Source: Oopsacas minuta | Taxonomy: Eukaryota > Animalia > Porifera | Direction: 5' to 3' | Length of the DNA stretch: 64,000 nt | Assembly: GCA_024704765.1 (NCBI GenBank) | Contig: JAKMXF010000359.1 | Location: 69,381-133,380 of the forward strand | Program-made: the position numbers and the translations under genes | Notes under the pieces: generated by a model | Database searches by the model: none | Told to the model about the DNA's origin: nothing | What the model saw: the letters and a program-made list of their open reading frames with translations, nothing else | Shown here: positions 40,082 through 52,930 of the stretch, in pieces | Position numbering within the stretch: position 1 is the first letter of the stretch | Layout of the letters: every line of letters begins with the position of its first letter

Positions 40082-42759
40082 CAAGGGTTGTTCAATAAGT
40101 AATGAGACTAATGTATCGGATTCATATTCTAGTTAATACAGCTCTAAGCCTAATATCAGATTACAAGCCTAACTTGATTGTCTAACTTCTATACACAATA
40201 CTCTTTACTCTACTAGCATATTCTTCAGTATAAAGTTTCATTTGCATAGGCTACTTTTTTTAACTAGTGGATTTTAGCAAAGAAGGAAAACGACAAATAT
40301 TTTGGTACCTGTGGAAAAAGGGGAAAACTGACTCATACATTATTCGTGAAATGCAGGATATTTTCGGAGATGAATGTCCTTCGAAAGCCACCATATATAG
40401 ATGGATCGAACGTTTTGATAATGGCGATAAGGTCCGCCACGATGATCCTCTTCCAGGTTGTGCGACTTCCTCCAAAACCCGCAGAAATATCGAGGAGGAC
40501 AGACGAATAACCCTGCGAGAGTTAGAAGAGAGGGTAGGTATATCAAAAGCCACACTACACTCGATTATTACTGAAGATCTGGAAATGTCGAAGGTAACTG
40601 CGCGTTGCGTCTCGAAACTTCTTTCAAAAGAACAAAAACGCGAAAGGGTCAGAGTTAGCAAAGAATTACTTTCATGATATCTGGTAGAGGAAGACTTTTG
40701 GAACGTATAGTAAAGGGGGATTAAACTTGGTTTCATTATTATGAACCAGAGGGTAAAACTCAATCGAAGCAGTGGAAGGGACGTGATGAACTGGTACATA
40801 TCAAAGTAAAGGCCGCAAAATCAGCAGGGAAGAGAGTGACAACAGTACTTTGGGATAGGGAAGGAATTATCCACCTCGACTGGTTGCCTGAGAAGACAAA
40901 CCATGAACAGTGATTATTACGTTGACGAATTGAACGAATTGCGTCAAGCGAATAAACGTGAGAGGCGAGAGAAAGTTAACACGTGGCGTACTGCTGCAAC
41001 ATGACAACGCAAGGCCCCATGTAAGCTCCAAGACAATGACTGCAATTGACGACTTAGGGTTTGAATGCCTCCCTCATCCCCGCATAGTCCAGACCTGGCT
41101 CCCAGCGGCTACTGGCTGTTTGGAGAGATGAGGGGACCTCTTCGAGGGAAGGGATTTGAGGATTTCAAACGGCTGGAGTACGAAAGAAAACAGTGGGAAA
41201 AAGGGACACCTAAAGAATTCTATACCACACTGGGATGGAAAAGTTACCAAAACGATGGAAACGATGCATATAGTTTAAGGGGGAATTTATCGAAACATTT
41301 GATAATAGTTATATACAAAATTGTGGAACGATTTTGATGATTAAATGACAATAGCTGAAATTGAAGAATTTGAAGGGATTGCTTATGAATGGGTTAAGTA
41401 TATATCCACAACAGGTCTAGAATTTGTAATTTTCTAGTTGGAAGATTGTACCAATATGCGATTAAATATATATGAAATTAAACATACAGTTATGTTTATT
41501 ACCAACTAAATCATATCAACATTTACTATCACTAGTACGCTGTGCTTCCTTGCGCTACGCGGATTCTAACACTTCGTGTCTGTACTCGGCCTTCGGCCCT
41601 CGCTTTCACTATTAGTTTGTGTGATATTCGGATTCAGCGTAACCCGATTACCCCATAATAACCGTTGAAACCACGTTTCCAGGATTATTTTGAAATTTGT
41701 TTACTTTTCGTTTACTTTATATTCATATAAACAACTAAAATTTGTATGACAAATCCATGAGTGTGATTCGGATTCAGCATATTCGCTAACCTTCCGTCAA
41801 GTTTATGAAATTTGTATATTTTCTTGATTAACACCATAGATATATAGATACATGCATTTTTGCAACTACGAATTCCACATTCCATTCCAGCTTCCCTAGC
41901 AACGGACAAACGGACAGACAGACAGATAAACAGATAGCAGCGACAATGATAGTATCTCCATTACTATCATTGTCACTGCAAATGTCCAATATTTCAAATG
42001 GAACTGTGCAGGTAGGTCCTCTGAATGTGGAACTGGCCTAATGGCGGACGGTACGTCTGGTTACGCAATAGTGGATTTATTCTTTATTGTGATACCATCA
42101 ATTTTCGTCATCCAGTAATGACAATCTGAAAGAAGACACATTGGTTCTCTCCATATCATTGGAACCGCAAACGGGATTATATTTCTCTTCCCAGCATACC
42201 ACAAGCGTCTTTCAGGCATTGTGTGCAGCCCACGGCTTATCTTGATCCCCGAGATGGCATCCAAAATTAGCGAAATAACAGTTTTCTACAGCTTTTGTGA
42301 TTTTGTCATTGGTTAGTTGTAGTATACCTCCCACAAATATAACAATACTTTTCGGAGAATTTTTGCAAACCAGAGAAGCCATAAACAATAAAATGAACGA
42401 AATATACTAAATGTCGAGTGGAATAAAACAGATTATAACTACTATTAGAGGCAATTTAGATCATGTAAGCAATGAAACCAAATAAATTGGATGTTGATGT
42501 GTAGAATTGAATTTAGAAATATTTTTGACCATGTGGTCAGCTAAAAGATCGGCATAACTAAAATAGAAATTTCTTACTTTTAGTACCCTCGAGAACGAAA
42601 AACATTGATAATAATTCCCAACATATATCTACACTATGCAAAACACTAGAGAAAGAAGATCATTAAGAATGTTGTATATCAGTGTAATCAATTATGATAT
42701 ATATCGGTTTACTATATGAAATATGAAAAACAGTCTCAGTATTTATTGAACAGCCCTTG
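40082..42759 (+). mobile_element. mariner element H (inverted twin of G) carrying a 1.38-kb Chapaev-derived insertion near its 3' end
   Basis: TA|caagggttgttcaataag ... tattgaacagcccttg|TA; ORF fragments identical to G. Confidence 0.92.
41306..42684 (-). mobile_element. Non-autonomous Chapaev3-type derivative, copy 2
   Basis: Homologous to 10174-11542; TAA TSD (41303-05, 42685-87); the empty site gaTAAtcaattatg is visible in sister element G. Confidence 0.88.
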
Positions 42760-44246
42760 TAAGTGGATATTGACAAAACATATGTCATTTATCGTCTCTC
42801 CTGTTACTCAGAACCGTGCCAAATTTATCATGACAAACCTTTGGATATTTTCTCCAGAAACTGTTTGAATCATTTAGTATTTCAACATTTGATCAAATAT
42901 CAATATTTTGGCTAAATTAGTGTTTGCTATAGAAATATATTGGCACATTTCGAAAGAATTTGCTTTTCCTTACTGATGGTATGTATTTCTTTTGGGAAAT
43001 TCATATTTTCTATGGTGACTTAGCTTATGGTCAGAATCATGGCTTAAGGATATTTATCACATCGAAGGGTACCTGTGATTCAAATTTCAAATTTGATATT
43101 CTACAAGCTGACAATCATGTTTTAATTTCGCCATTGATTGAATTTCCCCCAAGACTCGAACTTGTCCGAGTTGGCCCAAAATACCTATGTATGCTTAAAA
43201 TCTGCCATGGGGGTCTTCCATTCTCTTCTAACAATTCTGGACCTACTAACATATATTACATGCTTAAATTTATATTGAGATTAATTGAGTTTTCATTGTA
43301 TAGATTCGTGTATTAATCGGCTCAGAGCTCATGAAAGTTTATTTCGATCTTTCATGATCAGAGGGAGTTTACTATTTCATGCAATTGTAGTACTTTTATA
43401 TTTCTTCTTTTATGTACCTGCAGTGGAATCCGGATTTATCCTAATTCTTTCCAAAATTTATTTGTCTGGAAGTATACTTCTTATACACTTCCTTGTTTTA
43501 TTTTAATGAAGAGAACAGATATTTCTTTTGACTCACTTTCAAAATTTGTGCTTTGTATTTTTATTTTCATTGATTACAATCCATCCTGGCAAAATTATTG
43601 AACAAGACTGTCTTTGTCCATTACGAATTGCCCTACCGCACATTTTTCCCAATATTGTTTTATTTAGGGCCGATCCCTCGTTTAAGAAGTGTTTTCAATG
43701 GCACTTGTATTTAGCAATAATATTACCCATTCATATGTTATTAATATGTTAGATATCTAAACTAAGTTATACAAGCTTTTTTACTTTGCCCAATGGATAC
43801 CAAGTGGCCCCTTTTGATACAAAGATTTTTGTAATTGAATTTTTATGTTCATTCTTTTATTCATTCTTTTATTCTGCCTTTTGTATGACTAAAATCAAAT
43901 TGTCTATAGCGACTCCTAATGTTTGGAATTTCTTCTTCCCACACAAAATCATGTCCCACAATGGCTGTTCATTTGGAACAATTTACTGCTAACTCCTGAT
44001 TAAGCGAATAGATTTTAGCCATCATTTGGTGTTCGTATTTTCATGTTTCACTGTACTTATTTTTTGTACGGTTAAACCTTCAGGAAGTTAACACTCTGGA
44101 ACAGCCAAATGTTCACATATGAGAGGTGTTCACTTTGAGAAAGAGAAAGTGTGCTCATCTTTTGGAGGTGTTCACTTTTGTACATTTATTTGTACTCCCT
44201 GTTCATCTAATTCAGTTTTGAGTTCTTTTAATGTGTATTTCTTTAG

Positions 44247-44413
44247 GATATAATGAACGAATTGTTTGATGTTACTGGAGCTGGAATAGTCGAATTGCCT
44301 TCAATTATTCCTAACCATCATGTTGATGCAATCCAGAGATTTTGGAGTGATGATGGTATACAAGAATGTTTCCGTAGAAGAAGTCAATTTCAACTCATTG
44401 ATTCCGCACAGTA
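44247..44413 (+). CDS. GNAQ-like: G-alpha exon 3: DIMNELF...AIQRFWSDDGIQECFRRRSQFQLIDSAQ-Y
   Basis: Helical-domain motif W.D.GIQECF.RR..FQL.DSA; acceptor tttctttag, donor GTGAGT; 167 nt. Confidence 0.96.
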
Positions 44414-45109
44414 GTGAGTATTTTCTTTATTGATAATCTTATTTATTATCGAACTTCCTGGACGTTCGTGCAGCTCCCTAAACCTGACAAGATATTTTCA
44501 ATCTTATCAAAATTCACCATGTCAAAAAAATTTTTAACATGATAATACTGCATTTTCACATCAAACACGATTCTTGTCTTACAAAGACTGTGAAGACATT
44601 TCTACTAACTAATGGAATCTCGAAACTTGGTTGTAAGATACTTTTAGCTTGAAATAGAATTATTGATTTATATTTGAGACTCGGAAAACTCGGAGTTCTT
44701 TAGGTCCTCGCTTCGGGCACGTATTGTTATTGGTCCCTATGCGACAGAATATGCTCAGCACTACTTGCCTCGAAATCAAAGAATTGTTGAAATTTTCAGA
44801 TTATATTGTCCATGGTCCATCCCAAAAATATTGAATGGCATTCAGTGGAGTTGCTTTTTCGCTTCTGTTAGTGATGTCTGCACTTTGTGCCTCTGGTATT
44901 GAACGAAATTCTGAAAATTTTCGATTCGAATTTTGAACTTCTAGAATATTAAAAGCTGACCATGATGTCATAATTTCGTCATAGGTGTGAATTTCGTCCA
45001 AGTCTTGAACTTGCCCGAGCCAGGACAAATATACCCCTGTATGCCAAAAATCTGCACTGGCGGTCCTCCATTTTCTTCAGTGAATTCTGAACCTACAAAC
45101 ATATATATA

Positions 45110-46469
45110 CAGGGTGGGCCGCGGGAAACCGGTTGAAACAAATTTTGTATAATTTCTAAACAAAAAAAGATAAGTCAATTCTGTAAAAAGTATATTAAGG
45201 TTTATAAAGTGATATTATAATTTTCATTTTGTAGAGTATCTATCCACTAATAAAATGCTCGATCCAGCTCCCATTTAAAGATATCACTTTTTGCAATCTC
45301 GTGAGAATATTTTCTGAGACTTTTTTCAGTGTTTCTGCCTTGATCCGTCTTATTTCCCGGCGAATGTTTCTCTTGAGGTCTTCAGTAGTCACAGGGATAG
45401 GATTGGAGTAAACCTTGCTCTTCAGGTATCCCCATAAATAAAAATCACATGGGTTTAGATCTGGGCTGTAAGGTGGCCAAAAGAAGTCACAGTTTCGTAC
45501 GATCAGTTTTTTGTCAAATTTCTCTCTAAGAAAGTCAAGAACAACTTTAGCTATATGTGGGGGTGCGCCATCTTGTTGAAATGTTATACTACCAAGTTCC
45601 TTACGTCTTCTGAGAGTTGGAATGTAGTAGGACTTTAACATATCAAGATATCGGACACCATTCACGGTCACTCTTGACCCTTCATTATTTTCATAAAAAT
45701 ACGGACCAATAATCCTCTTGGAGCCAACTGCACACCAGACAGTGACCTTTTCTTGTGTTAAAGGCTTACTATCAAGTGGATCTGGCTTTTCCTCACCCCA
45801 AATTCTCATGTTCTGTTTATTAACATGTCCAGAAAAGTGAAAATGAGCCTCGTCACTCCAGTCAATATTACCGATGTCAATTTCCTTCTTCTCAACCTTC
45901 CCTGCGATAAGCTTTGCAAAAGTCAATCTCTTCTCTTTTTGGACAGTAGATTGCTTCTGTAAGATATGTATCTTATATGAGAAGAGATTGAGATCATCTA
46001 CAAGAATCCTCCTGACTATTGTCCTGGACAATTGAAGTTCTCTTGAAAGCCTCCTTGATGAACGATGTGGTGAATCGCAAGTTTACGCTTTACTTTTTCG
46101 ATGTTATTGGGGGTCCTCATTGTCTGGCATGGTCCTGGTCTAGCTGTATCAACTACAGTACCATTCTCCTCAAACCTCTTGACAATATTTTTGATGGTAT
46201 CTAGTTTAGGAACAGTTCTAGAGTTATAGAATCTTCTAAATCTTCTCTACGTTGTAACTATGGAACCATGATTTTTGTATTTCCATTTTAAGACATTAGT
46301 CCTTTCTTCCAGTTTCAGCCTTGTCATAACTTCCTATTGATCTAATTGTTAATTAAACACAAAATAGCATTCTTCTAGCTACAAAATGAAATGTTTGCAA
46401 TCGGTAATGGATATACGTGTGCCGAGTTATGATCATTCTATTTCAACCGATTTCCCGTGGCCCACCCTG
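45110..46469 (-). mobile_element. DD41D (rosa/Visitor-type) element E in a TA run
   Basis: TIR cagggtgggcc(g/a)cgggaaa(c/t)cggttgaaa; ORF 45240-46031 with WSDEAHF, QQDGAPPH, SPDLNPCD (41 residues); upstream N-terminus has a stop and a frameshift. Confidence 0.92.
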
Positions 46470-46493
46470 TATATATATATATATATATATACA

Positions 46494-49400
46494 CAGTCTA
46501 TAACATAAATATTGAAAATTGCTCCTATATCTGTTGCTTCAATAACACAGGCCAACAAAATTTAACTTCATTTTCTCATCAAGTATTAGATTGACATTTT
46601 CTAAGCTAGTTTTTTACGCTGAATGCAAATCTACTTTCAGATTCTTTCCAGCACGTCCAGTTTTTTTCCATCTACAAGTCAACGATTTTTATGTATTTCC
46701 TAAGTTTTTCCTGTTATTTTATGGTAATGGCTGTCTTTTTGTCTTCTTACATGATAGCCATCTGAAATAAATCAACGTTTCGATGTTTTAGATTAATGCC
46801 AAGATAATATCAGTTATTATCCTAGCTCTTACATATAATTATTCACATTCATGCTTGTGTCAACTACTCACAAACTAAGGGGAAATACATATCCATCTAG
46901 AAGTATAAAGGTAGCTAACTAAATTGAAAGTGTTGAGAGTACGACTTCCTTTTATATATCTTGTTAGGATTATCTCTGAAGAGCCTCCAACAGAAATCGG
47001 ACATCATGCCCTCATTCCAGAAACCTTGGCATCTGGTTTCCATCTCCTGTATGTCTTGGTGGAATCTCTCACCCTGTTCATCACTTCCAGCACCAAGGTT
47101 CTCAGGGAAAGAATCAAGGTGAGAGTGCAAGAAGTGAAGTTCTAGCGACATGCGACAGCCCATCTTCTCTTATGCGTTAAGCAAGGTTTCCACTCCTTCT
47201 CTGTAGTTGGACGACTTCTTGTTGCCCAAAAAGTTTTCACAAACCCATTTGAAAGAATTCCAAGCACTCATTTCTAATTCGGATAATGTCTTCTCGAAAT
47301 CTGGATCCTGAATACTTGTCTGATTTGTGGTCTTACAAATACTCCCTCTTTTAACTTTGCCTCGCTTAGTTTCAGATAATAGCCTACCAAATGCAGAAAT
47401 CCTGCTGAATTTGTTTCGCCCATTGTTTTAACGAATGTTTTCATTAATCCAAGTTTAATATGAAGTGAGGGTAAGAAAACTTTGTTTGGATCTACCAATG
47501 GCGAATGCTGTAAATTGGTTTTCCCCACTTCATAGGTTCTCTTCGGCCAATCACATTTTTTATAATGTTCACCAGTTGCTCGGCTGTCCCATAGACATAG
47601 GAAACAACAATACTTTGTAAAACCTTGTTGCAAGCCCATCAATAGCCCGATTATCTTAAGATCACCGCAGATATTCCATATATGTGTTCTATACTGTATT
47701 GCCTCCAAAGCTTCCTGCAAATTGACGAAGATTTCTATGAGATAGACGGAGTGAGCAATTGGAATGCCAGGCTTTCTATTTCCGTTATGCAACAGAACAG
47801 CTTTCAAACTGCGTTTTGACGAGTCGATGAAAAGGCGCCAATCAGAGGAAGAATGTTCTTGTAATACGTTTGCATAGAGTCCTTCGATATCATTACAATA
47901 GCACAGTGGACCATCAGTGGTGTAGTATTGAGCGAGATCGAAATTTCGCTTGCGATAGTGGGATACTAGGACATCTTTGTCGAGTAGGTTTTTCTGTTTA
48001 AGCCTGGATGCAAGGAGTTGAGCTTTGTCTTTAGATGAGTCTAGATCCCTGACCAGGTCATTCAATTCTCCCTGTGTAAATGTTTGTGGCTCTAGTAATT
48101 CATCTTCCGGAACATAATTAGCATCTGTAGAATCTGCATGGACATCTTCCACCATATCAGACCCGATTTTAATTTGCTGTGGCTTGGGAAATGGGATTGG
48201 TAATGAGATGTCGTGTGGAATTGGCCTGCGAGCAGAATCCAAGTCTGGGTAAACAAGAGCGTACTTATTCTTGGATGAGAATCCTGTAATGTCGATAAGG
48301 CAAAAGTAACAATCATCAAGGTGATTTTTCTGTTCCCTCCAGACCATGAGTATTGCAAATGGCATTGAAACTTTCCTTTTGTTCAACCAATTACGTAGTC
48401 CACTTGAACAAGAAGTGCATATAACATGTGGTGCTCACGACTTGTCTTGGCCACCAAGTGGACATTCGAAGTACAATTTGTATATGTTCTTTAATTGATT
48501 TGTGATTTTACGCAAAAAAGACCACAAACGCAACAGAAATTGTCGGGATGAGTTCTACAATTGCGATGCATGTTTGTAATTTGAGTTGCTTGAATTCGCA
48601 TATGTAAAGTCATTTATAATCCAGATTATTGAATCAAAATAGGCATGCTCATATAGCAATTTGGTACCCAGGTAATACTATATTATTGAAAAAATGGATA
48701 TTGGATTTCAGGATAACTAGACGTGCTAGGGAAATTCTGATTGCAGATTCGAGTTCAGCATTCAAAAGTATGCTAAGATAAATGTATGTGATCTCTGATG
48801 AGAAATCTTGTTGAGTTGTGTAATATTCGCTTAATCAAGTTATCAATAGTACAATGCACTAATAATACAGAACCAATCAATATTTAATTGGGACTCTATT
48901 CGATTCTATGACCATTTTACAACGTCGCGGTAGTGAATCTCAGCAGGGCTGAAGAAAATCAGGACTTATGTCTGCCCACAATAATTCTAGCTCTCTCTTG
49001 AGTTCAAAAATTGTCCTGGGACCGCGTTTCAAAAGTTCTGGTTTTGCCTAAGCGAACAGATTGCCAATAGGGTTTAAATCTGGACTTTGGAATGGCCATG
49101 GTATTTGTTTAGGATATTTTTTTATCACAAATGCGTCAGTAACTTTAGAAGTGTGTTTGAGATCATTATCCATTGCCAGGCGCCATTGGTCCTGATGAAA
49201 TTTCAGCCTGGGTTAGCAAATGGCCTTCTAAAATGCGTATGAACATCTTAGAGCCATATAGTCAGTGAAGATACAGAGTGGAAATGTTCCCATTGAGCTA
49301 AATGCAGCCTATACATTAATTTTTGGGACATGTTTCGTTGTTGGAACCACACGTGTTTTCCAAGATTTTGTCCACATTTTATCTTTCCTCTACCGAGCCA

Positions 49401-50110
49401 TATAGACATCTCATCGGCAAAAACAGTTTGCGCTTATGATTTCTTAGGATACATGTGCTTTCTGGCCCATTTTATTCGAAAGATTTTGGGTTTTTCACTT
49501 ACTAAGGGTGGATTAGATGGATATTTCTTAGTGTAATCGACCGTTTTTAAGGCACGCCAAACGGTTTCATGAGATGGCCTGCCAGGAATAAGATGGGCTG
49601 AATACCTTGTAGACAAATATGGCCTACCTCTAATTTGCTGGGCCAGACTTCTTAGAATGGAGAGTCTCATAGTAGGTGGCCTTCCAGACCCTCTCTTGCC
49701 CCCAAACCAACAATATTTGACTCTCTAGATTTTACTCTATAGACTGTCGCCAAACTTACACCCAAAGATTTTGAAATATCCTTCATAGAAAGTTCACCAC
49801 GTTTTATTAGAACATCCATTGGCTCTCTTTTCTGTTTTTCATTCATAGTTAGATCTAACTGTTTACATTATTAATTGTATATATTAAAACAAATTATCCG
49901 GACGAAAAGTTGAATATTACGTCACACAAATTTCTGACTCCTATCCTAGTGAAAAAATGCCCAAAAAATCTAACAAAGGTCATTAATAAGTAAAAATATA
50001 TCAAGTCAAGTGATTTTGAGTAGTTGGAATCCAGCTTATTACTAAACACTGAGAGTTAATGTGGTAGGATAGTAATATATCAATTTTCTCAATTTTTATC
50101 TTACAGACTG
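46494..50110 (-). mobile_element. Old Tc1 (DD34E-like) relic split by the Chapaev3 element
   Basis: Imperfect TIRs cagtct(a/g)taa(c/g)ataaa; fragments RPSHETVWRAL...RIKWARKH, DNDLKHTSK, WPFQSPDLNPIG; ~1.34 kb after removing the insertion. Confidence 0.7.
46546..48820 (-). mobile_element. Chapaev3-type (CMC) transposon, pseudogenised transposase 46915-48571
   Basis: TAA|cacaggccaacaaaattt ... aaatcttgttgagttgtg|TAA; motifs DNFCCVCG, QDKS*APHVIC, VWREQKNHLDDCYFC, WRLFIDSS, FCCFLCLWDSR-like, LHIKLGLMK, SDEQGERFHQD. Confidence 0.88.
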
Positions 50111-52699
50111 TATATTTTTCATTATCGGATATTTTTGAGTGACATTGTTGCTACAGTACAGGCATCGAGATCTGTTAAATTTGTCTTGCACTGCTGCTAC
50201 TTAAGCTGTAAGATGATAATTTCTAGTACCCTTACCTCCTAGATGTTGCTCAGATGTCTCAATATCTTCTAGATGTTGCTCTGGATGTTTTTAAGCAATA
50301 TCTAGTTACTTATTTTGATATTTATTGTATTAGTTAATGAAATTGCTTCAAATTGTAGTATTGGTGATATGTTCCACAATTCTTACTCTTTTTAAGAGTT
50401 TGGCCTTGGATTAGTGTCAAAATGCCTAACAATGCAATGTTTCTCATGTGTGTTTCTACCTCTTACATGTAGCCCTGTGTGTTTTGATCAAAATTTTGTT
50501 ATTTTATGGGATTTAAACTTATATGTTCTAGTATTTTCTTCCAAATTTATCCGATCCCTGGACCGTTGTTATATATTATTCAATTCCAGTATTTGTACCT
50601 TACTCCATGTTCAATTTCTAGTATCCCGTTAATTTACTTTACCCACATACTAAAGCCTTTGAGTCTCATCTGCTTCAATCCTAAAATCCTGCAAATTTAA
50701 CCCCATTGGCGACTGCCCCAACTCATTCCAACATGTCCTTGCTCTAATTCATTAACAAAATTTAATATTTCCACATCCTACTATACTTAGGACCCCAAAA
50801 CTCCTTCAGGATTTGTACCTTGGATGTATCTGTCTGGTTAAGTATTTCTGTGTTTACTATATTTCCATACGTCCCATTTTGACCGAATACATGTATTGCA
50901 TATATGTAGGACAACAAATATTATCAACCAATATAAGTGCATGCTAAAATACTTCATCATTGTGTCAATATATTTGTCTAGTAAGTATTTATCTGACAGA
51001 ATGTGTCCTTCCTTGATGTATTGTTGAACGTTAAATATTGGATATTTCATGCTTTTATATACATCGACCAAATCTTGAAGGCAAAAGTTGTCTCGTTCTT
51101 GAGTTACAGCACACAGCATATCTCACACTTTACTATTATATTATATAGCGATAATCGTGAATGTTTTTGCTCATGCAGGATAGCCAATTCATTGTAAATT
51201 TCAGACTTCCCATGACCGTATAATACATTTGATGTGATATATCTCTTACAAAGCGACCTAATTGCTACTATGCTCATATATTGTCATTTTGTTACATTAC
51301 GCTATATTATTCAGACATATCACATCGGAAGTATTTTGAAGATGTGGGCGGTTGACTATTTTCCACAAATTGGCCTTCCAGATTTAACAGTGGCTCATTC
51401 CCTTATAAATGAATTGGTTGATACTTTGTTGTTCTACATAAATGCTATCCATTTTTCGAGCAAAAATGAACAATTTCTGGTATATAGAAACTGCATGCAA
51501 ATACTCCGGTCGACACGTTCATCCCTGGCCCATAATGCTAAAAGAGTTGGGGGCCTTGTGTATAACATATAATTCCTAGTTTCAATTCAGTGATTATCAA
51601 TTCTAGGTCATTCAAACTTATTGCGGGTCATGTGGTGAAATCTAACCTAAACACTATGCATTAATTGCAGTTACAATTATTACTAATTCAAATAATCCTC
51701 TTCCACTCCTACACACTGTTTTTTATGTGGGTAGAGCGACGCTCTACCTACTTAAACACTCATTTATGTACTCTTCTTCGGGATAGATTTAAATTTCTGG
51801 TCCAGGGCCGCTCCTAGGGTATGTGGCGGGACAAACTCCATACCTTAAAGGTAGATTTAGTTTTGGAGAATAGGAAAAAATCGCAAGGAGCTAGGTCTGA
51901 TGAGTATGGAGGCTGTCTTATTAAATCTAACCCCTCTGCGTCCAAGAAATTTTTGTGAACTTAGTTGCCTAACGAGTATAATTATTCTCAAGGGAGCAGG
52001 AGCATTCGTCTGGAATTTCTGCTAATTGTTCTCTGAGTGTATGCAAACATCGTATTCTGTATTCTATTTGAAATGTCACAATATTGTAATGTAACATGTG
52101 CAGGTCCGGTGAGAGGGGGGTTTAGTGATCCCAATGAACCGGATTGCGTGGCAAGAGGGGGTGTTAAAGATTGAAATTGTTATTACTGTATATATTTATG
52201 GTTGGGTTCAACAGTCAAGTGAAGTTCTTGTGAACTTGTTATTGTGTTACTTTGCTAGAATATTTGAAATTTCAATTATATTACAAGTAATTACTACGAC
52301 TTTACATTTAATAATCAATATTTAATTGAGTTTTCTCCCCCAAATCATTACAACTTAGTGAATGTTTATTTGGTTTATTATTTACAAGTCAAGTAAATAA
52401 TCAATTTGTGACACCATTATTTTTATAAACTCCTTGAATACACATATGGTATACAGACTATTTGATCTTGTCGCCCAAATTCGGGATTGCCCTTCGTTTC
52501 TCAATCATGGCATTCATTTTCTGTTAATTATAGCGAACAATGTTACAATACTTGTTCTAGTAGTAAAACGAGTAGAATTGAAATTCTATAATTTGAATAA
52601 AAAATCCTCACTCGAAGTACTATAAATTTCATCTGTACTTGTACTGGGACGTAGTTATGCTTGCGAACTATCAAAATTTATTCATCTAACCTTGTTATG

Positions 52700-52930
52700 A
52701 GTACATTTGTTAGCACTTATTATATTCCAAAGGTTCTTACTATTCCAAGTGCTCTAGTGTATCCTAATGGTCATTTGCATGATGACATTTGTCAAAATTT
52801 CTTGAGGAATGGAAGGACTCAACAAAGCTGAGAGATCTTGCTATATTCACTTTCAAAAACGCATTGGCAAGATAAGTTGATTTTACCGATATTATCAACT
52901 TATTTGCTGAGAAATAGCACAGTAAGCATT
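52700..52930 (+). pseudogene. hAT transposase C-terminal relic
   Basis: Frame reads DLAIFTFKNALAR*VDFTDIINLFAEK*, resembling hAT dimerisation-domain tails. Confidence 0.4.

Noticed and set aside
38245-40799. 179-aa ORFs at 38245-38784 and 40260-40799, and similar 60-90 aa ORFs overlapping transposases
   Set aside because: They are antisense or alternate-frame shadows of transposase sequence, conserved only because the elements are duplicated.
46492-46510. cacagtct as the left end of the Chapaev3 element
   Set aside because: A better TIR match with a TAA TSD is at 46546; 46494 pairs with the TIR at 50110.
50838-51572. Short ORFs in a mildly coding-looking stretch
   Set aside because: No recognisable motifs, and all frames have multiple stops; it cannot be assigned without a database search.
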